Assembly (NCBI GenBank): GCA_965112155.1
Contig: OZ218108.1
Strand: one strand, 5' to 3'
Length of the DNA: 64,000 bases
From: Podarcis liolepis
Taxonomy: Eukaryota
The notes beneath the pieces are model-generated. The model was given only the letters and a program-made list of their open reading frames with translations, ran no database searches and was not told where the DNA came from. A program made the translations under genes and the position numbers. Numbering within the stretch: the first letter of the stretch is position 1; every line of letters starts with the position of its first letter. Positions 1-12,681 of this stretch are shown here, piece by piece.

Positions 1-673
1 CACCGTTCACCTCCCCCTGCTGCCATTTCTGCTGTTGTTGTTGTGAGGTAGTTTCCTCACCTCTCTTCAGAAGGGCATGTATGCGTACTGGAGTTCAAAG
101 CAATACTTTACTTTTACAAAAGAAACAGAGAATGCTCTCCCCTAATACCAATCAGTTCGTTTGAGTGAAGATTAAGAAGGCAGTCCAATAGCTAATTACC
201 TAAGATGAAAACTTATTATCCACACCACAACGCTTGCAATAAGTCACCTGAACTGGAGTGGCGGTGATCATAGGAGCCAACTGCTAGGGAGCAAGGCCCC
301 TTCACCCCCCATAAAATATTTGAGGGGTTGCCCCCCAAGTTGATGGGCATTGCCATTCAAATGGTGTGGGCGCACATTGTCATGTGACCAATTATGTGTG
401 ACGGAGCTTATCTGCCCCCCCCCCAAATATTTTATTCAAGTTGGCACCCCCTAGTGGTGATAGACAGAAAGGCAACCCAGGGCGGATCTACACTCATGGT
501 TTTTAACATTAAGGAAGGATTAAGGAATGGTTTGGACACATGACACCCTACTTTTATCATTCATAATACATTCATAAAATGTGACATCAGAGGGTGCAGC
601 AGAGCAACCAGCAGCAGGGAGACAGTGTTTTGATGGGGGGGAGGTAAAAAAATGTTTTAATTAACATGTTCTA

Positions 674-678
<5 letters not shown>

Positions 679-713
<35 letters not shown>

Positions 714-1008
714 TTATACCCCGCCCATCTGGCTGGGCTTCCCCAGCCACTCTGGGTGGCTTCCAAAAGAATATTAAAATACATCAAACATTAAAAGCTT
801 CCCTAAACAGGGCTGCCTTCAGATGTCTTCTAAAAGTCTGGTAGTTGTTCTCTTTGACATCTGGTGGGAGGGCGTTCCACAGGGAGGGTGCCACTACCGA
901 GAAGGCCCTCTGCCTGGTTCCCTGTAACTTGGCTTCTCACAGTGAGGGAACCGCCAGAAGGCCCTCAGCACTGGACCTCAGTGTCCGGGTAGAACAATGG
1001 GGTGGAGA
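679..1008 (-). mobile_element. L2-clade LINE 3' fragment with (TAA)n tail
   Basis: Nearly identical to 52998-53437. Encodes the L2 ORF2 C-terminus motif RAFSVVAPSLWNALP on the minus strand. Confidence 0.85.
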
Positions 1009-2068
1009 TGTTAAACAGGTTAAACAGGAGACGTTAAACACTGGTCCTTGTCCTTTTGCAAGGGGACATATCATTGTATTCTTGTGCTACCCTGAAGACC
1101 ATTGCATCGATGCTGTGAGCTCCTCCTTCAGCACACAGGAATTGACAAGTAGGCTGCAATCTTACGAACACTTAATTTAAGCGATAGTGTATTTTCTATG
1201 GCACCAGGGGGGCACATTTCTGAGATGCTACTTCAGTAGACAAGTTGAAGGTGAAAAGCTGCATTTCTATTATTTTAATTTCAGTTTTGAATCACTTCCC
1301 GTGAAACACCCCAAAGCATTTAAGGATTAAAAAACACACCATTAAAACACCAACAATAAAAACATATAAGAAGCAGTTTCAAGTCCATTACAGATGCAGA
1401 ATGGGATACAAAAATCTCCTCTTAGAACTATGCAAATTATACAGTTTAATTGTGCTTCAGATTTCTTGTTCCCCAGTTTTGCATGGTATGTATTCATATA
1501 GCCAACCAGGCCAGTGCTAGCACTGATGTCACTCTCTTATGTCTTTTCCAATTAGAGGAAAAACCTTTCAGTGTTTTAATTAATTTTTGTTCCATTCAGA
1601 AAATGCATGTTTTCTTTCCAACTGTTGGGTTGGAACCTCCCTGATGAATAGAAAGCCTTGCCAGAATATATTTTAATTATTCCCATGGCACTTTGTCAAG
1701 AGCTTTTTGGCTAATTAAAGTTTCAATAATGTAGCCTCTTTGGAACATAAGAATTGCCATGCTGGTCTAGGCCAACAATCTATTCAACCCAAACCTGTTG
1801 CCTCCAACTGTGGCCAGGCAGCAAACAGGCAGAGTGTGAAGATGGCAACCTTCCTCTTTTTGATCTTTGATCTTGTTCCTGGCAATCATAAAGATGGAAT
1901 TTCCATTATTAAGCTATCGCATGACTATCATACTAAAAGACACTGGTAGATCTCTCTCCCATTCATCTGCCTAACTCTTCCTGAAAAGCCATCGAGGCAT
2001 CTTATTGTGGCCTTCTCTTCCAATCAGTTAATTATACCCATTGCGAATCCTTTTGCACATCCCAAATA

Positions 2069-2418
2069 GGTAAAGGTAAAGGGACCCCTGACCATTAGGT
2101 CCAGTCATGGCCGACTCTGGGGTTGCGGCGCTCATCTCGGGTTTATTGGCCAAGGGAGCCAGCGTACAGCTTCCAGGTCATGTGGCCAGCACGACTAAGC
2201 CGCTTCTGGCGAACCAGAGCAGCACACGGAAACGCCGTTTACCTTCCCGCCGGAGTGGTACCTATTTATCTACTTGCACTTTGACGTGCTTTCGAACTGC
2301 TAGGTTGGCAGGAGCAGGGACCGAGCAACAAGAGCTCACCCATCCCAGGGATTTGAACCACTGACCTTCTGATCGGCAAGTCCTAGGCTCTGTGGTTTAA
2401 CCCTCAGCACCACCCATG
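2069..2418 (-). mobile_element. Sauria SINE (POM-like)
   Basis: (ACCTTT)n tail and tRNA-like head. 14-bp TSD acatcccaaatagg at 2057-2070 and 2419-2432. Confidence 0.9.
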
Positions 2419-2804
2419 ACATCCCAAATAGGGCTGGGCAATATCAGGTTTTCAACAACGTGATGTATCACCAGCTAAACATTGCGATATAGTGATGCAT
2501 CATGATGCTGAAAAGGAAGGAGCACTGGCCCCGGCCCCTATGAGGCACTGGGAGGAAGGAGGCAGCCTGCACACTTGGTTGGAGAAGGAAGTTAAGGTGC
2601 TGGCCAGCCGGCGAGCCCCATCTATGATATTGCCAGGCAGCAGTGCATCCAACCCCCATGGTAGACCGCCAGGAATGGATAAGACAAAGAAAAGTTCTTA
2701 CCAACTGTTTTTTATTCAATATTCACAGAGAGAGGTTTGGAAATTCAGCCTCTTGAAATAATGACATTGCCCCAAGTGAGTCTCCACCCCCTGCCTCACT
2801 CTCT

Positions 2805-3004
2805 NNNNNNNNNNNNNNNNNNNNNNNNNNNNNNNNNNNNNNNNNNNNNNNNNNNNNNNNNNNNNNNNNNNNNNNNNNNNNNNNNNNNNNNNNNNNNNNN
2901 NNNNNNNNNNNNNNNNNNNNNNNNNNNNNNNNNNNNNNNNNNNNNNNNNNNNNNNNNNNNNNNNNNNNNNNNNNNNNNNNNNNNNNNNNNNNNNNNNNNN
3001 NNNN
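2805..3004. other. Assembly gap (200 N)
   Basis: Run of N. Confidence 1.
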
Positions 3005-3520
3005 CACATCTTATCTTTATATATTGGCATTGCAGCACTTTATTTTTAAACAAACACGAATAATTAAACGGATTCTCAATCCCTTGCAAGCACAGTTCAG
3101 ACAGGGACATTGTTGTGTGCTAGGTCTTCCATTAACAGACCTTTGGGCAATTGATCTTTTCTCTTAATAGAGACATTAGGGCAGCATTTTACATTGACAG
3201 CAATGGACCAGAAGTATCTCATAAAAAATTCTCTCTTGGCAGTGAGCATATTCAAACGCTTCGAAATGCACACCACAACCATCAAAGGGCCTTGGCAGTA
3301 CCACTAATGAAAACTAATATAGACATCACTTATTTAAAAGGAGGCATGATTACAGCACATAATGCGCAGATGCACTCTTCCTGCCAGAAGATTCACACAT
3401 ATAAAACCCACAAAGGTCTACAAATCCCATAAGCTCAACCATACAGTCCCTGAATAGCTGCAGGTATTTGGTTCTAGGATAGGAGTCTTATTAAAAAACA
3501 CACACTGTGCACAATGCAAG

Positions 3521-3609
3521 CGCCACGTTGGGCAAAAGATTCCTGAATCACAGGGAGTTGGACTAGGTGACCCTCATGGTCTCTTCCAGTGATGCAGTCC
3601 TATGATTCG
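3521..3609 (+). mobile_element. 5'-truncated tRNA-Lys/CR1-tail SINE fragment
   Basis: ccacgttgggcaaaagattcctg...ctatgattc, same family as 10687-10822. Confidence 0.6.
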
Positions 3610-3746
3610 AACACTAGATAGACACAAATTGACCACAAGCTTGGCTACATAGGTTAACCATCAGTACACTGCTCAAATCTATTAACAAAACAATGCCTGG
3701 CATTGTGAAGTTAAACCTTGCCACCCCCAACTTAATGGGGGTATCT

Positions 3747-4776
3747 TTGCCACACCCTAACCCCCCCCCCCGAGTAGAAGAGTTGGGTTGGTATTGTCCG
3801 AGGAAAGAGTAGACAACAACTCGAAGGGCACAGGTGGGCCAGGAATGTAAAGGGAGTTAGCCTGGCTTAAATAACTGGCTCCACCCCATACTTTCCACTT
3901 TGCAAGATTCCTCTTCCCCTATGCTTTGCTAGTTACCCATTTACACATTCTGAGCATGATTTTTTTTTCCTGGGGGAGCCCTGTATTGGCCTCAGGATTC
4001 TCCTTACCTCATTCTGCTGGGAGTTCTGTGTTCTGGAGTGCCATTTTTGATTGGTTTAAATGGCTGTCAGCCCAAGCAGGAAAGCAAATCACAAGATGCG
4101 ATAAATGTCAAGTTACAAGGAAGGAGAGTCCAACTAAACATCAGGAAGAACTTTCTGACAGTAAAAGCTGCTCGACAGTGGAACAGACTCCCACGAGAGG
4201 TTGTGGACTCGCCTTCCTTGGAGGTTTGTAAGCAGAAGTTGGGTGGCCATCTGTCATGGATGCTTTAGCTGAGATCCCTGCATTGCAGGGGCTGGACCAG
4301 TTTGACCCTTACAGTCCCTTCCAACTTTACAATTCTGTGATTCTACGTGGTGTGGTAATATCTGTGGCATTACTGGACTGGGGCACTCTTGGGTCACCCA
4401 ATGCCAGCTTGGCTTTGAGACCCCGGGGTGCCCATTTAAGATTGGCCTGAACATCTGGGTGAGCACCGGACAGGCTGGGCTGTAGTATGCTGGTTAAGTT
4501 CCTTATCCAAGGCTCTCACTGTAAGGAGAAACAATTTCTTCCAACCATTTGCAGCAGTGCCATAGGATGAGTCTGTAGATGTACCCAGAAGTGGGTGAGG
4601 AAGCTGATTCCTCCTTTTTTAGGGACCTTTCCCACCCAGACTATGTCTCTCTCCTCCCTCCCCCCCCCCCGTTAATCTGTTTGATTTGAGCTACTCTAAT
4701 ACGTTATAAGTTGAATAAATATAACAATTTTCCCCATCGTTATGGTGTCCTGAGTCGTCTTTGGGTGTGATGGCAA
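3747..4776 (+). mobile_element. Unclassified element with short inverted termini, interrupted by CR1
   Basis: Starts ttgccacaccc and ends gggtgtgatggcaa. AATAAA at 4714. 3' motif tgtcctgagtcgt resembles the 32-33 kb element. Confidence 0.4.
4090..4345 (+). mobile_element. CR1 LINE 3' fragment
   Basis: ORF2 C-terminus LNIRKNFLTVKAARQWNRLPREVVDSPSLEV and attctgtgattct tail. Confidence 0.9.
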
Positions 4777-5082
4777 GATGCTAATATTTGCTTTAATATT
4801 TGCTTTCAGCAACATAACAGCACTCTTTCACCTTTATCTTATTTATTCATTACATTTCTATTCCATCTTTACTCTAAGCTCAAGGTGGCCTACATGGTTC
4901 TCCTTCCCCACCATAGCTGAGAGAGGTTTTGACCCCTGGTTTCCCAGGTCCTTGTCCAACACAGTAACCACTACACCTCATTGTCTCTCCTTTAAACTGC
5001 AGTGTGGGAAACAGCTCTGAGAATGAGAATCTAAGGGGGCTCGGTGCATATAAAATGATCAGAAGTGAGGTGCAGAGCTACA

Positions 5083-5083
5083 A

Positions 5084-5154
<71 letters not shown>
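5083..5154. repeat. (AAAG)n microsatellite
   Basis: Direct reading. Confidence 0.98.
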
Positions 5155-5156
<2 letters not shown>

Positions 5157-5744
5157 CCAGTCAGCATAATATCTGCTGCAATCACGATTCTTGGCTACAA
5201 TCACATCTCAAATTATGCTGAACTTTTAGGATCATGTAGCATGGCATTCATGTCACTTTGCGAATTTTGCCATTGTTTTCTGTTCCTTTCCTGTTTTGAA
5301 TAGCATCCATATTCAGCTACAAAGGACAGAAACAGACAAGTTTGTTGGCAGAACTGAGGAACAAATGAACAGGGAAAGGAAGCTGGGAGCTGCAGATTTT
5401 TATATAACGATAAATTACAAAGACTGATGTGATTGCAGACTATAGTGTTTCGGTTTTTTAAATGGGGGGAAAAAATCAAATACAGCATGCTTACCATGGC
5501 AACCTTTTGAATACACAGTTCACATTCTTCTGAGCTTCAAAGATACATTGCACTTGTTCAAGAGACTCCCACACACCCCTTTGCAATGTGACATTAACAT
5601 TTTGCTAACACGCACACACCTCTCAATTTTCTGGTATCCTGCCTTTAAAATTGTCTCTGTCTTCTTTCTTCTGATGCACATCTTGGAGCATGATATAAGG
5701 GCGCACACCATTGCAATCTGTGTACATTATGCATGCTGCATTTA

Positions 5745-5895
5745 TTTATTTAATTGCACTTATATGCCGCCTTCTCCCCAGGACGTTGAAGGTAGCAAAC
5801 ATGCTTCTCTTCCTCCCCATTTTATTGTCACAACAGCCCTGTAAAGCATGTTAGGTTAGAGATCAGTGACTGTCTGAAGGTCACCTAGTGAGTTG
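5745..5895 (-). mobile_element. Old MIR/CORE-like SINE fragment
   Basis: ccccattttattgtcacaacagccctgt...aaggtcacctagtgag resembles the CORE-SINE segment. A related piece lies at 4850-4985. Confidence 0.5.
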
Positions 5896-6002
5896 TACCC
5901 CTTACTTCTCCTTCCTTCTCAGCCTGGACCTTAGGGCAGTCTGGTCTCACCCCATCTGTATTTTCCATGGGCTGGATCTCTCCCTCCCATCTTGGACTAG
6001 CT

Positions 6003-6138
6003 CAGTGTTTCCCAAACTTGGGTCTCTAGCTGTTTTGGGACTACAGATCCCACCATCCCTAGCTAGCAGGACCAGTGGTCTAGGATGATGGGGGTTGTAG
6101 TCCAACAATAGCTGCAGACCCATGTTTGGGAAACCTGG
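6003..6138. mobile_element. Palindromic hAT-type MITE (cagtgtttcccaaac termini)
   Basis: Inverted termini and inner hairpin. Imperfect 8-bp TSD gactagct/aactagct. Confidence 0.8.
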
Positions 6139-6357
6139 AACTAGCTCAAGAAGAAGACCTGGAGAAGAGGAAGTGTTGAAGAAGAAACCATGCCTCCCAC
6201 GGGTCTTCCTCATGGCCCGTCCTTCCACTCTAGGCATGGTGTGTATGCATGAGAGAGATCTGAACACATTTACCTCCATTCTCTTAAGATAGGCTGATGC
6301 TCCACTTCTTCCCCATCACTTGGCTCTCAAGGAGTCAACAGGGTCCTCCCACTAGCC

Positions 6358-6493
6358 CAGTGTTTCCCAAACTCAGGTCTCCAGCTGTTTTTGGACTCCA
6401 CCTTCCATCATCCTTGACCACTGGTCCTGCTAGCTAGGTATGATGGAAGTTGTAGTCCCAAAACAGCTGGAGACCCAAGTTTGGAAAACACTG
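6358..6493. mobile_element. Palindromic hAT-type MITE (cagtgtttcccaaac termini)
   Basis: Same family as 6003-6138 in the opposite orientation. TSD cactagcc/tgctagcc. Confidence 0.8.
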
Positions 6494-7665
6494 TGCTAGC
6501 CCTTGACTTCTATTCCCAAGTGCTCACATTCTCATCCAACTAGACAGATGGGCACCACCTTCTGGTCTCCCTGTGAATCATGCAGATGGTGGCACAACAG
6601 CTCTGCCCACACTGGCCCCTCAGGAAATTGCCAGAGTACCCAGATGGTCTATCGACTATTGTTTATTTTCCCAGTACAGAAAGGCTACCACCTCCTTTGA
6701 TGATATATCATATGAGTAGTTCTGGGTTGTGGTATAATTCCAAGAGAAAGGTGTGTGTGTGTGTGTGTGTGTGATCATTTGGAAAGGCTCACAATGGATG
6801 GCTGACATCATGAGTATTTTCCAGGAGAGGACAAGAACTAAACTGAAATATCTCCTGGCAATTTTAATACAGTACTCTGTGACTGGGAGTTCCCAGCAAG
6901 CTGCAGTGAGCCATGCAAAAATGGAAGCCTTCCAACTTCATCTTGGCTGAATGTCATGCTTTTGGCAGAATGCTAGGACAGGGAGAGCCCTGCTTTTTGC
7001 TGTTCCGGCTCTCAGGTTTCAAAAGCTCAATGGGCCACAGACATTTGCTCCCCATCGGAGCCTCTCCACTGACACACTGTCTGCACACTGACTGCTGGCG
7101 GCACTTAACAAAAAACAGAGTGAGTGGTGGGGAGAAGCAAAGGTCGCTGGTGGTCAGGAGAAGGGGGGGAAATAAGGGTCTTAGAAGATAAACCTTACAG
7201 CAGCTAAAATGCCCACTGCTCTTTCAAATTAAAAAAGGAGTCTCAACAGGGCTGGCTCTACTGTTAGGCAGAGTGGATACAACTGCCTCAGGTAACTGAT
7301 GTTCAAGGGTGGCAGCAGCTCCTACCTGTTCCCTCTAAGCCCCCGAAACCTTGAAGGTATGACCACAAGGGAGAGAGAATTCAGGAAGCTGTCTCATTCC
7401 CCTTTTCTCCCTTTTGACTTTGAACTTCTAGACAGAAGTGTAGATTCAAGCACCATAAACCAGAGAGATATAAATATGCTGAAAACAATTCAACACCCTA
7501 TAAATGTCTAATGTCTTGACATGGAAATTTTTGCAACAGCAACACAAAGAAACTTGCAATATCCTATGACAGCAGTGCCTCATTGTTGTTTAATAATTGC
7601 CTTTCACATATGTCCCAAGACAATGTAACAAGAAAATCCATTGTTATTTTCTTGTTATTTATATA

Positions 7666-8042
7666 AGGTTAAAAGGTAAAGGTAAAGGACCCCTGGATGG
7701 TTAAGTCCAGTCAAAGACATCTGTGGGATGTGGCCCTCATCTCAATTTTCAGGCCAAGGGAGTTGGCATTTGTACATAGACAACTTTCCGGGTCATGTGG
7801 CCAGCATGGCTAAACTGCTATTGGCGCATGGAGGACTGTGACGGAAGCCAGTCATGGAAATGCCATTTACCTTCCTGCTGCAATGGTACCTATTTATCTA
7901 GTTGTGCTTTTGAACTGCTAGGTTGGCAGAATCTGGGACAGGGCAACGGGAGCTCACTCCGTCCTGCGGATTCGAACTGCCAACCTTCCGATCAGCAAGC
8001 TCAAGAAGCTCTGTGGTTTAGACCACAGCGCCACCCGCTCCC
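7666..8042 (-). mobile_element. Sauria SINE
   Basis: ggtaaaggtaaagg tail, conserved body, head ...cacagcgccacccgc. Confidence 0.88.
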
Positions 8043-9509
8043 TTCTTATTTACCATGTTATTTATATACCGCCCATCTGATTGGGTTGCCCCAGCCACTC
8101 TGGGCAGCTCCCAAAAAAATATTAGAAGAAGAAAGTTACAAAACTACACACACACACACACACACACACACCAGAGGAAGAATTTTAAAAACAATACAGA
8201 ATGGACACTTATAGCAGAGACTTCTTCATCAGATGGGAAAACTTGGTTAGCTTCTTCCATTTCAGCTGAGATATTGCTAGTCAGCTGAGATATTTCCCTA
8301 ACAATTCCTCACCTGCCTTTTTGGTCAATTTCCTTTTTTGCCCAGCATATGGGCAGAACTATGCTACTGAATCCTGATGACGTGCTCCGCTCTTTGAGGT
8401 GGCGTATGCCAGTCGAGGCAGCTCATACCAAAGCGAGTGCGACTTTGTACGTCATGTTTTGTATTGGGAAGTTGCCACTTGCTCATCTCCATGGCTCTGG
8501 CTAACCGGTTGTATTTCTTCCTTACTGAGTGATTAAGTTTTTCCACCTCTCATCTGTACCCCCTCCCAGGATGACATCAGAAACATTTGGCACTTTCTTT
8601 GAAAACAGGATGGCTCCATTGCCAAGAGAGGACTAAAATCACATGCCTGGGTTGACAAATGCGGAAATAATAAATGGGAGGGAGGGAGGGAATGATCAGC
8701 AGGAAGGAAAAGCTCCGCATACGTAGCGTTGGAAAAGATGCTAGGGCTTTACTCTCTCTGCCTGACGTATACAGTTTCACAAAAGGGGTGGTGGGAGGTA
8801 AAAAAATATCATTTCAGGAAAAGTCCTTCTGAGTAACAAGAAGGATTGAAACCCTGGGCGTTCTTTCTCAAGACTTGGAAACAGGCGGGACAATAACAAA
8901 GTCTCGTTGCCCCTGAAGCAGTAGCAGAATTCTATTTGCTACTTTGCATCATGGCCAAAATTAGCAACTCCTGTCCCACTTACTTCATGGGAGGCTGATT
9001 TGTATTATCCAAAAGCAGGGACTGCTGGGCAATAAGACAGAACAACTACTTGATTAGCCTCAGGCAGTCACTCCCAATTTCCTCCACCATCATCCTGGGC
9101 ATATAGTAAGAAAGCCCCGCCAGGCACCGTGAAGCACAGAGAGGTGATGGGTGCTAGGGGGAGGCTCCCTGTTTTCTAGTGATGGCAGCCTCTTTTCACT
9201 TCTGTAACTAGCAGGATATATTTGCACCAAATACCCCATTTTGTATTTAAAAAAAAAGAAAAACAGCAGAGAAACGGAGGGAACTTGAGTGTCTCCCTGT
9301 GCATGCAAGCTGGGATTAGAGCGAGGTAATATGAATATTATAAGTATTATTATTTTATAACATTATGAATCGCCTTTCACCTAAGCCCTCAAGGCAATTT
9401 ACAAGCATATTTAAAAATAAAATAGGTTTAATGCAATACAAAAAGCAGCAATTAATCTAGGAGTTTCCTGATTGTTAAACTGTTCTGTAAATTGTAGCTC
9501 TGGATAGAG

Positions 9510-9645
9510 CAGGCTTCCTCAACCTTGGCCCTCCAGATGTTTTGAGACTACAATTCCCATCGTCCCTGACCACTGGTTCTGCTAGCTAGGGATCATGGGA
9601 GTTGTAGGCCAAAAACATCTGGAGGGCAGAGGTTGAGGAAGCCTG
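9510..9645. mobile_element. Palindromic hAT-type MITE (caggcttcctcaacc termini)
   Basis: Perfect terminal inverted repeats (TIRs) and perfect 8-bp TSD ggatagag (9502-9509, 9646-9653). Confidence 0.9.
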
Positions 9646-10411
9646 GGATAGAGAATAGGGGTCTCCTAACAATTCTCAGCACCCTTTCACAAACTACAGC
9701 TCCCAGAATTCTTTGGGGGCTGTGACTGTTTAATGTGGTATCAAAGTACTTTAAATGTATGGTGTGAATATGGCCTTCATTTGCCCCCTCACTGGCCTTA
9801 GTTTCTAAAGTGGGCCCATGTCTGTTTCATTGAGAAACTCCACTTTTCTGCTCTCTGTGGTCACATGGTTACTTAGAATGTGCTAATGGAGCCCAGGCTG
9901 AATGTGGAATCTTGTAAATCCCATAGGTACATCCTGGGGTCATTCTGTGATTTACAAGTCTCTGTATCCACGGGAAAGGTTGCCCATGTAATGATATCCA
10001 CCAGGTTAAAAATAAAACCACATAGATATTGTTACATCTGAACTTGGTCTGGGAGGCAAGCTGGGACCTGTTAAGCCTATCACATGTTTGCTGTTACTTA
10101 AACTGATTGTGTAAATGGGCTCTGGTAATTTAATTTGGAGTGTGGGGGACTCATAGTGCTGATGTCTCAGCACATAGAAGTCTTTGGCTAGAGCTGGTTC
10201 TTGCTGTGAGGTGCTGCAAACCTCACTCCTGTGGGTGGTATGAGTTGAATAGTTACATGCAGTGCAGACAAAGTTTAAGGAGGTAAGGCAGCTAAGCTGG
10301 TGAGCACATGGTGTTTGAACTGGAAGATGTGTGTGTTTGAGTTGGTGATGAAGAATCTAGCTGCTCTATTTCCTTAGCTAGTTTTGCTCAACAACATGGT
10401 CTAGGCCTTGT

Positions 10412-10605
10412 TACAGGTAGGTCTGCCGTAGTCGAAACAAAATAAAAAAATTCCTTCCAGCAGCACCTTAGAGACCAACTAAGTTTGTTATTGGTATGAG
10501 CTTTCGTGTGTATCTGAAAAAGTGTGCATGCACACGAAAGCTCATACCAAGAACAAACTTAGTTGGTCTCTAAGGTGCTGCTGGAAGGGATTTTTTTTTA
10601 TTTTG
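10412..10605. mobile_element. Penelope-like element terminus in inverted arrangement
   Basis: ~70-bp inverted arms (10439-10510 / 10531-10605) around ctgaaaaagtgtgcatgcacacgaaagctc. Confidence 0.7.
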
Positions 10606-10686
10606 TATCGGTTAGGCCATCTTTGATGACCTTTAACCTCCAGGTTTTTGGGGATGCCTTGGGTGCAAGATGCTCTTAGAATAACA

Positions 10687-10822
10687 GAATCATAGAATTG
10701 TAGAGTTGGAAGTGACCATGAGGGTCATTGAATCCAAGCCCCTGTAATGCAGGAATATTTTGCCCAACATGGGGCTCGAACCCACGACCCTGTGATTAAG
10801 AGTCTCATGCTCTATCAACTGA
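10687..10822 (-). mobile_element. tRNA-Lys(CTT)-derived SINE with CR1-like 3' tail
   Basis: Minus strand tcagttgatagagcatgagactcttaatcacagggtcgtgggttcgagccccatgttgggc (tRNA-Lys-like) fused to ttccaactctacaattctatgattct (CR1 tail). Confidence 0.8.
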
Positions 10823-11255
10823 TGCGGCCCACTTTTTCCTTGCAACTGCCTATTTGCTTCCCTTCCTCTGGTTGTGACTCGCCCAAGAGGAGAGGACTAG
10901 GCAGGAGGGAAGACTTTGCTGTTCCTCACTTCTGACATGACTCACTGGACAGAATTTGAGATGAGAGAGAATTGGATTCATATCCTAGCCAGCAATGAGT
11001 TTACAGCATAACTTAAGTAAAGCCATTAGCTTTCAGACATTTCACGGGGAAAAAATAGCAACCTGTTGTTCTATGAGTGTTGCCAATTGGAGCAACCAGA
11101 GACATCACATGCACGGGCTACAATTCCCTCTATGAGGCACAAAACCTTCCACATGGAGTGGCATTATTTTCTACACATAAGATGTTTTGGTTCTTCTGGA
11201 AAAGGAGAAGCCCCTTTTGTTTGTGCTACTATTAGTTGGTCCATACCGTATAGAT

Positions 11256-11588
11256 CAGGGGTCTGCAACCTTTAAGACAAAAAGAGCCACTTGGACCTGT
11301 TTTCGAAGAAAAAAACAAACTGGGAGCCGCAAAACCATTGCGACATTTAAAACAAACATATCTCCGGAGCCGCGATCTGACAGTGGACGGGAAGGTGACG
11401 TCGGGACGGTGTGTGACTAACGCACGCACCGCCCCCATGTGACGTCACAGCCAGTACAGCGCCCGCCACAGTGGGGAGTGTCGGGGCGCACAATGCGCCT
11501 CCTCCCCTCGCTAGTATCTGCCCCGGAGCCGCAGCAAAGGTGTAAAAGAGCCACATGCGGCTCCGGAGCCGCGGGTTGCAGACCCCTG
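11256..11588. mobile_element. Non-autonomous hAT transposon
   Basis: 15-bp TIR caggggtctgcaacc/ggttgcagacccctg. TSD gtatagat/gtatagac. Confidence 0.9.
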
Positions 11589-12249
11589 GTATAGACTATA
11601 GAATCGGGGAAGTGTAATTTATTCTGAAAGCAGAGTGACATGCCACCCACCTCAGCTTTCTTCAGCATACATAATCCAGATATCAACAAACATGCAGCAC
11701 ATTGTGAAATAAAACAGTTCTGGAAATAATTACTTTTGGCACACTCCTTTCAAAGTGAAGTACTTTTAAAGTTCCCTGGATTTCAATAGGAAAGATGAAG
11801 CACATACATTGCTCTCCTACTGAAATCAATGGACTTAAAGGTTAAGAGAGGGATGGATGAGTGCTGCTTGGGCCATGGCCCTCTCTGAATGTTGGACATA
11901 TCAGCGGAGAGCAGTACAAGGCACTGTGAAACATGACAGGTTTGATAAGATCTGGTTCCCTTTTGTAAGCTACATGAGCAGCTCCACATCTACTTGAACT
12001 GCACCATATGGCAATATGAAGGGGTTACTCAGATATGAATCTGTGTGCATTGTGTTGCTTAGTTATCATTGTGTTGTAACAGGAAAATCTTGCTCACATT
12101 TGTATGAACATTACCTTTTACATCACATTGCAACTGTGTTTGGTTTGAATTGCTTTATTGTTAAAAACGCCACTACCTTTAATAAATACATTTGGGGGAA
12201 TGCTAAATTTTGACTGGTTCTTGCCTGGTGCTATAGATTCTGAGATGCC

Positions 12250-12267
12250 TGATGATGATGATGATGA

Positions 12268-12313
<46 letters not shown>
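12250..12313. repeat. (GAT)n(TAG)n compound microsatellite at a SINE tail
   Basis: Direct reading. Confidence 0.95.
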
Positions 12314-12314
<1 letters not shown>

Positions 12315-12681
12315 AAGGTAAAGGTAAAGGTACCCCTGCCTGTACGGGCCAGTCGTGTCTGACTCTGGGGTTGCGCGCCCATCTCGCTTAAGAGGCCAGG
12401 GGCCAGCGCTGTCTGGAGACACTTCCGGGTCATGTGGCCAGCGTGATGAAGCTGCTCTGGCGAGCCAGCACCAGCACAGCGCACAGAAACGCCGTTTACC
12501 TTCCCGCTATACAGTGGTACCTATTTATCTACTTGCACTTGGGGTGCTTTCGAACTGCTAGGTGGGCAGGAGCTGGGACCGAACAACGGGAGCTCACCCC
12601 GCCGCGGGGATTCGAACCGCCGACCATACGACTGGCAAGTCCTAGGCGCTGAGGTTTTACCCACAGCGCCACCCGCGTCCC
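12313..12681 (-). mobile_element. Sauria SINE (CpG-rich, distinct subfamily)
   Basis: gtaaaggtaaaggtaaagg tail, head ends cacagcgccacccgcgtccc. Confidence 0.9.

Noticed and set aside
2716-3110. ORFs spanning X runs
   Set aside because: Artefacts of the N gap.
8364-8575. Possible exon or ORF (EKLNHSVRKKYNRLARAMEMSKW)
   Set aside because: In-frame stop immediately upstream, no compatible acceptor and no recognisable protein family.
10760-10825. Functional tRNA-Lys gene
   Set aside because: The 5' acceptor-stem strand is missing, there are substitutions, and it is fused to a CR1 tail, so it is a SINE.
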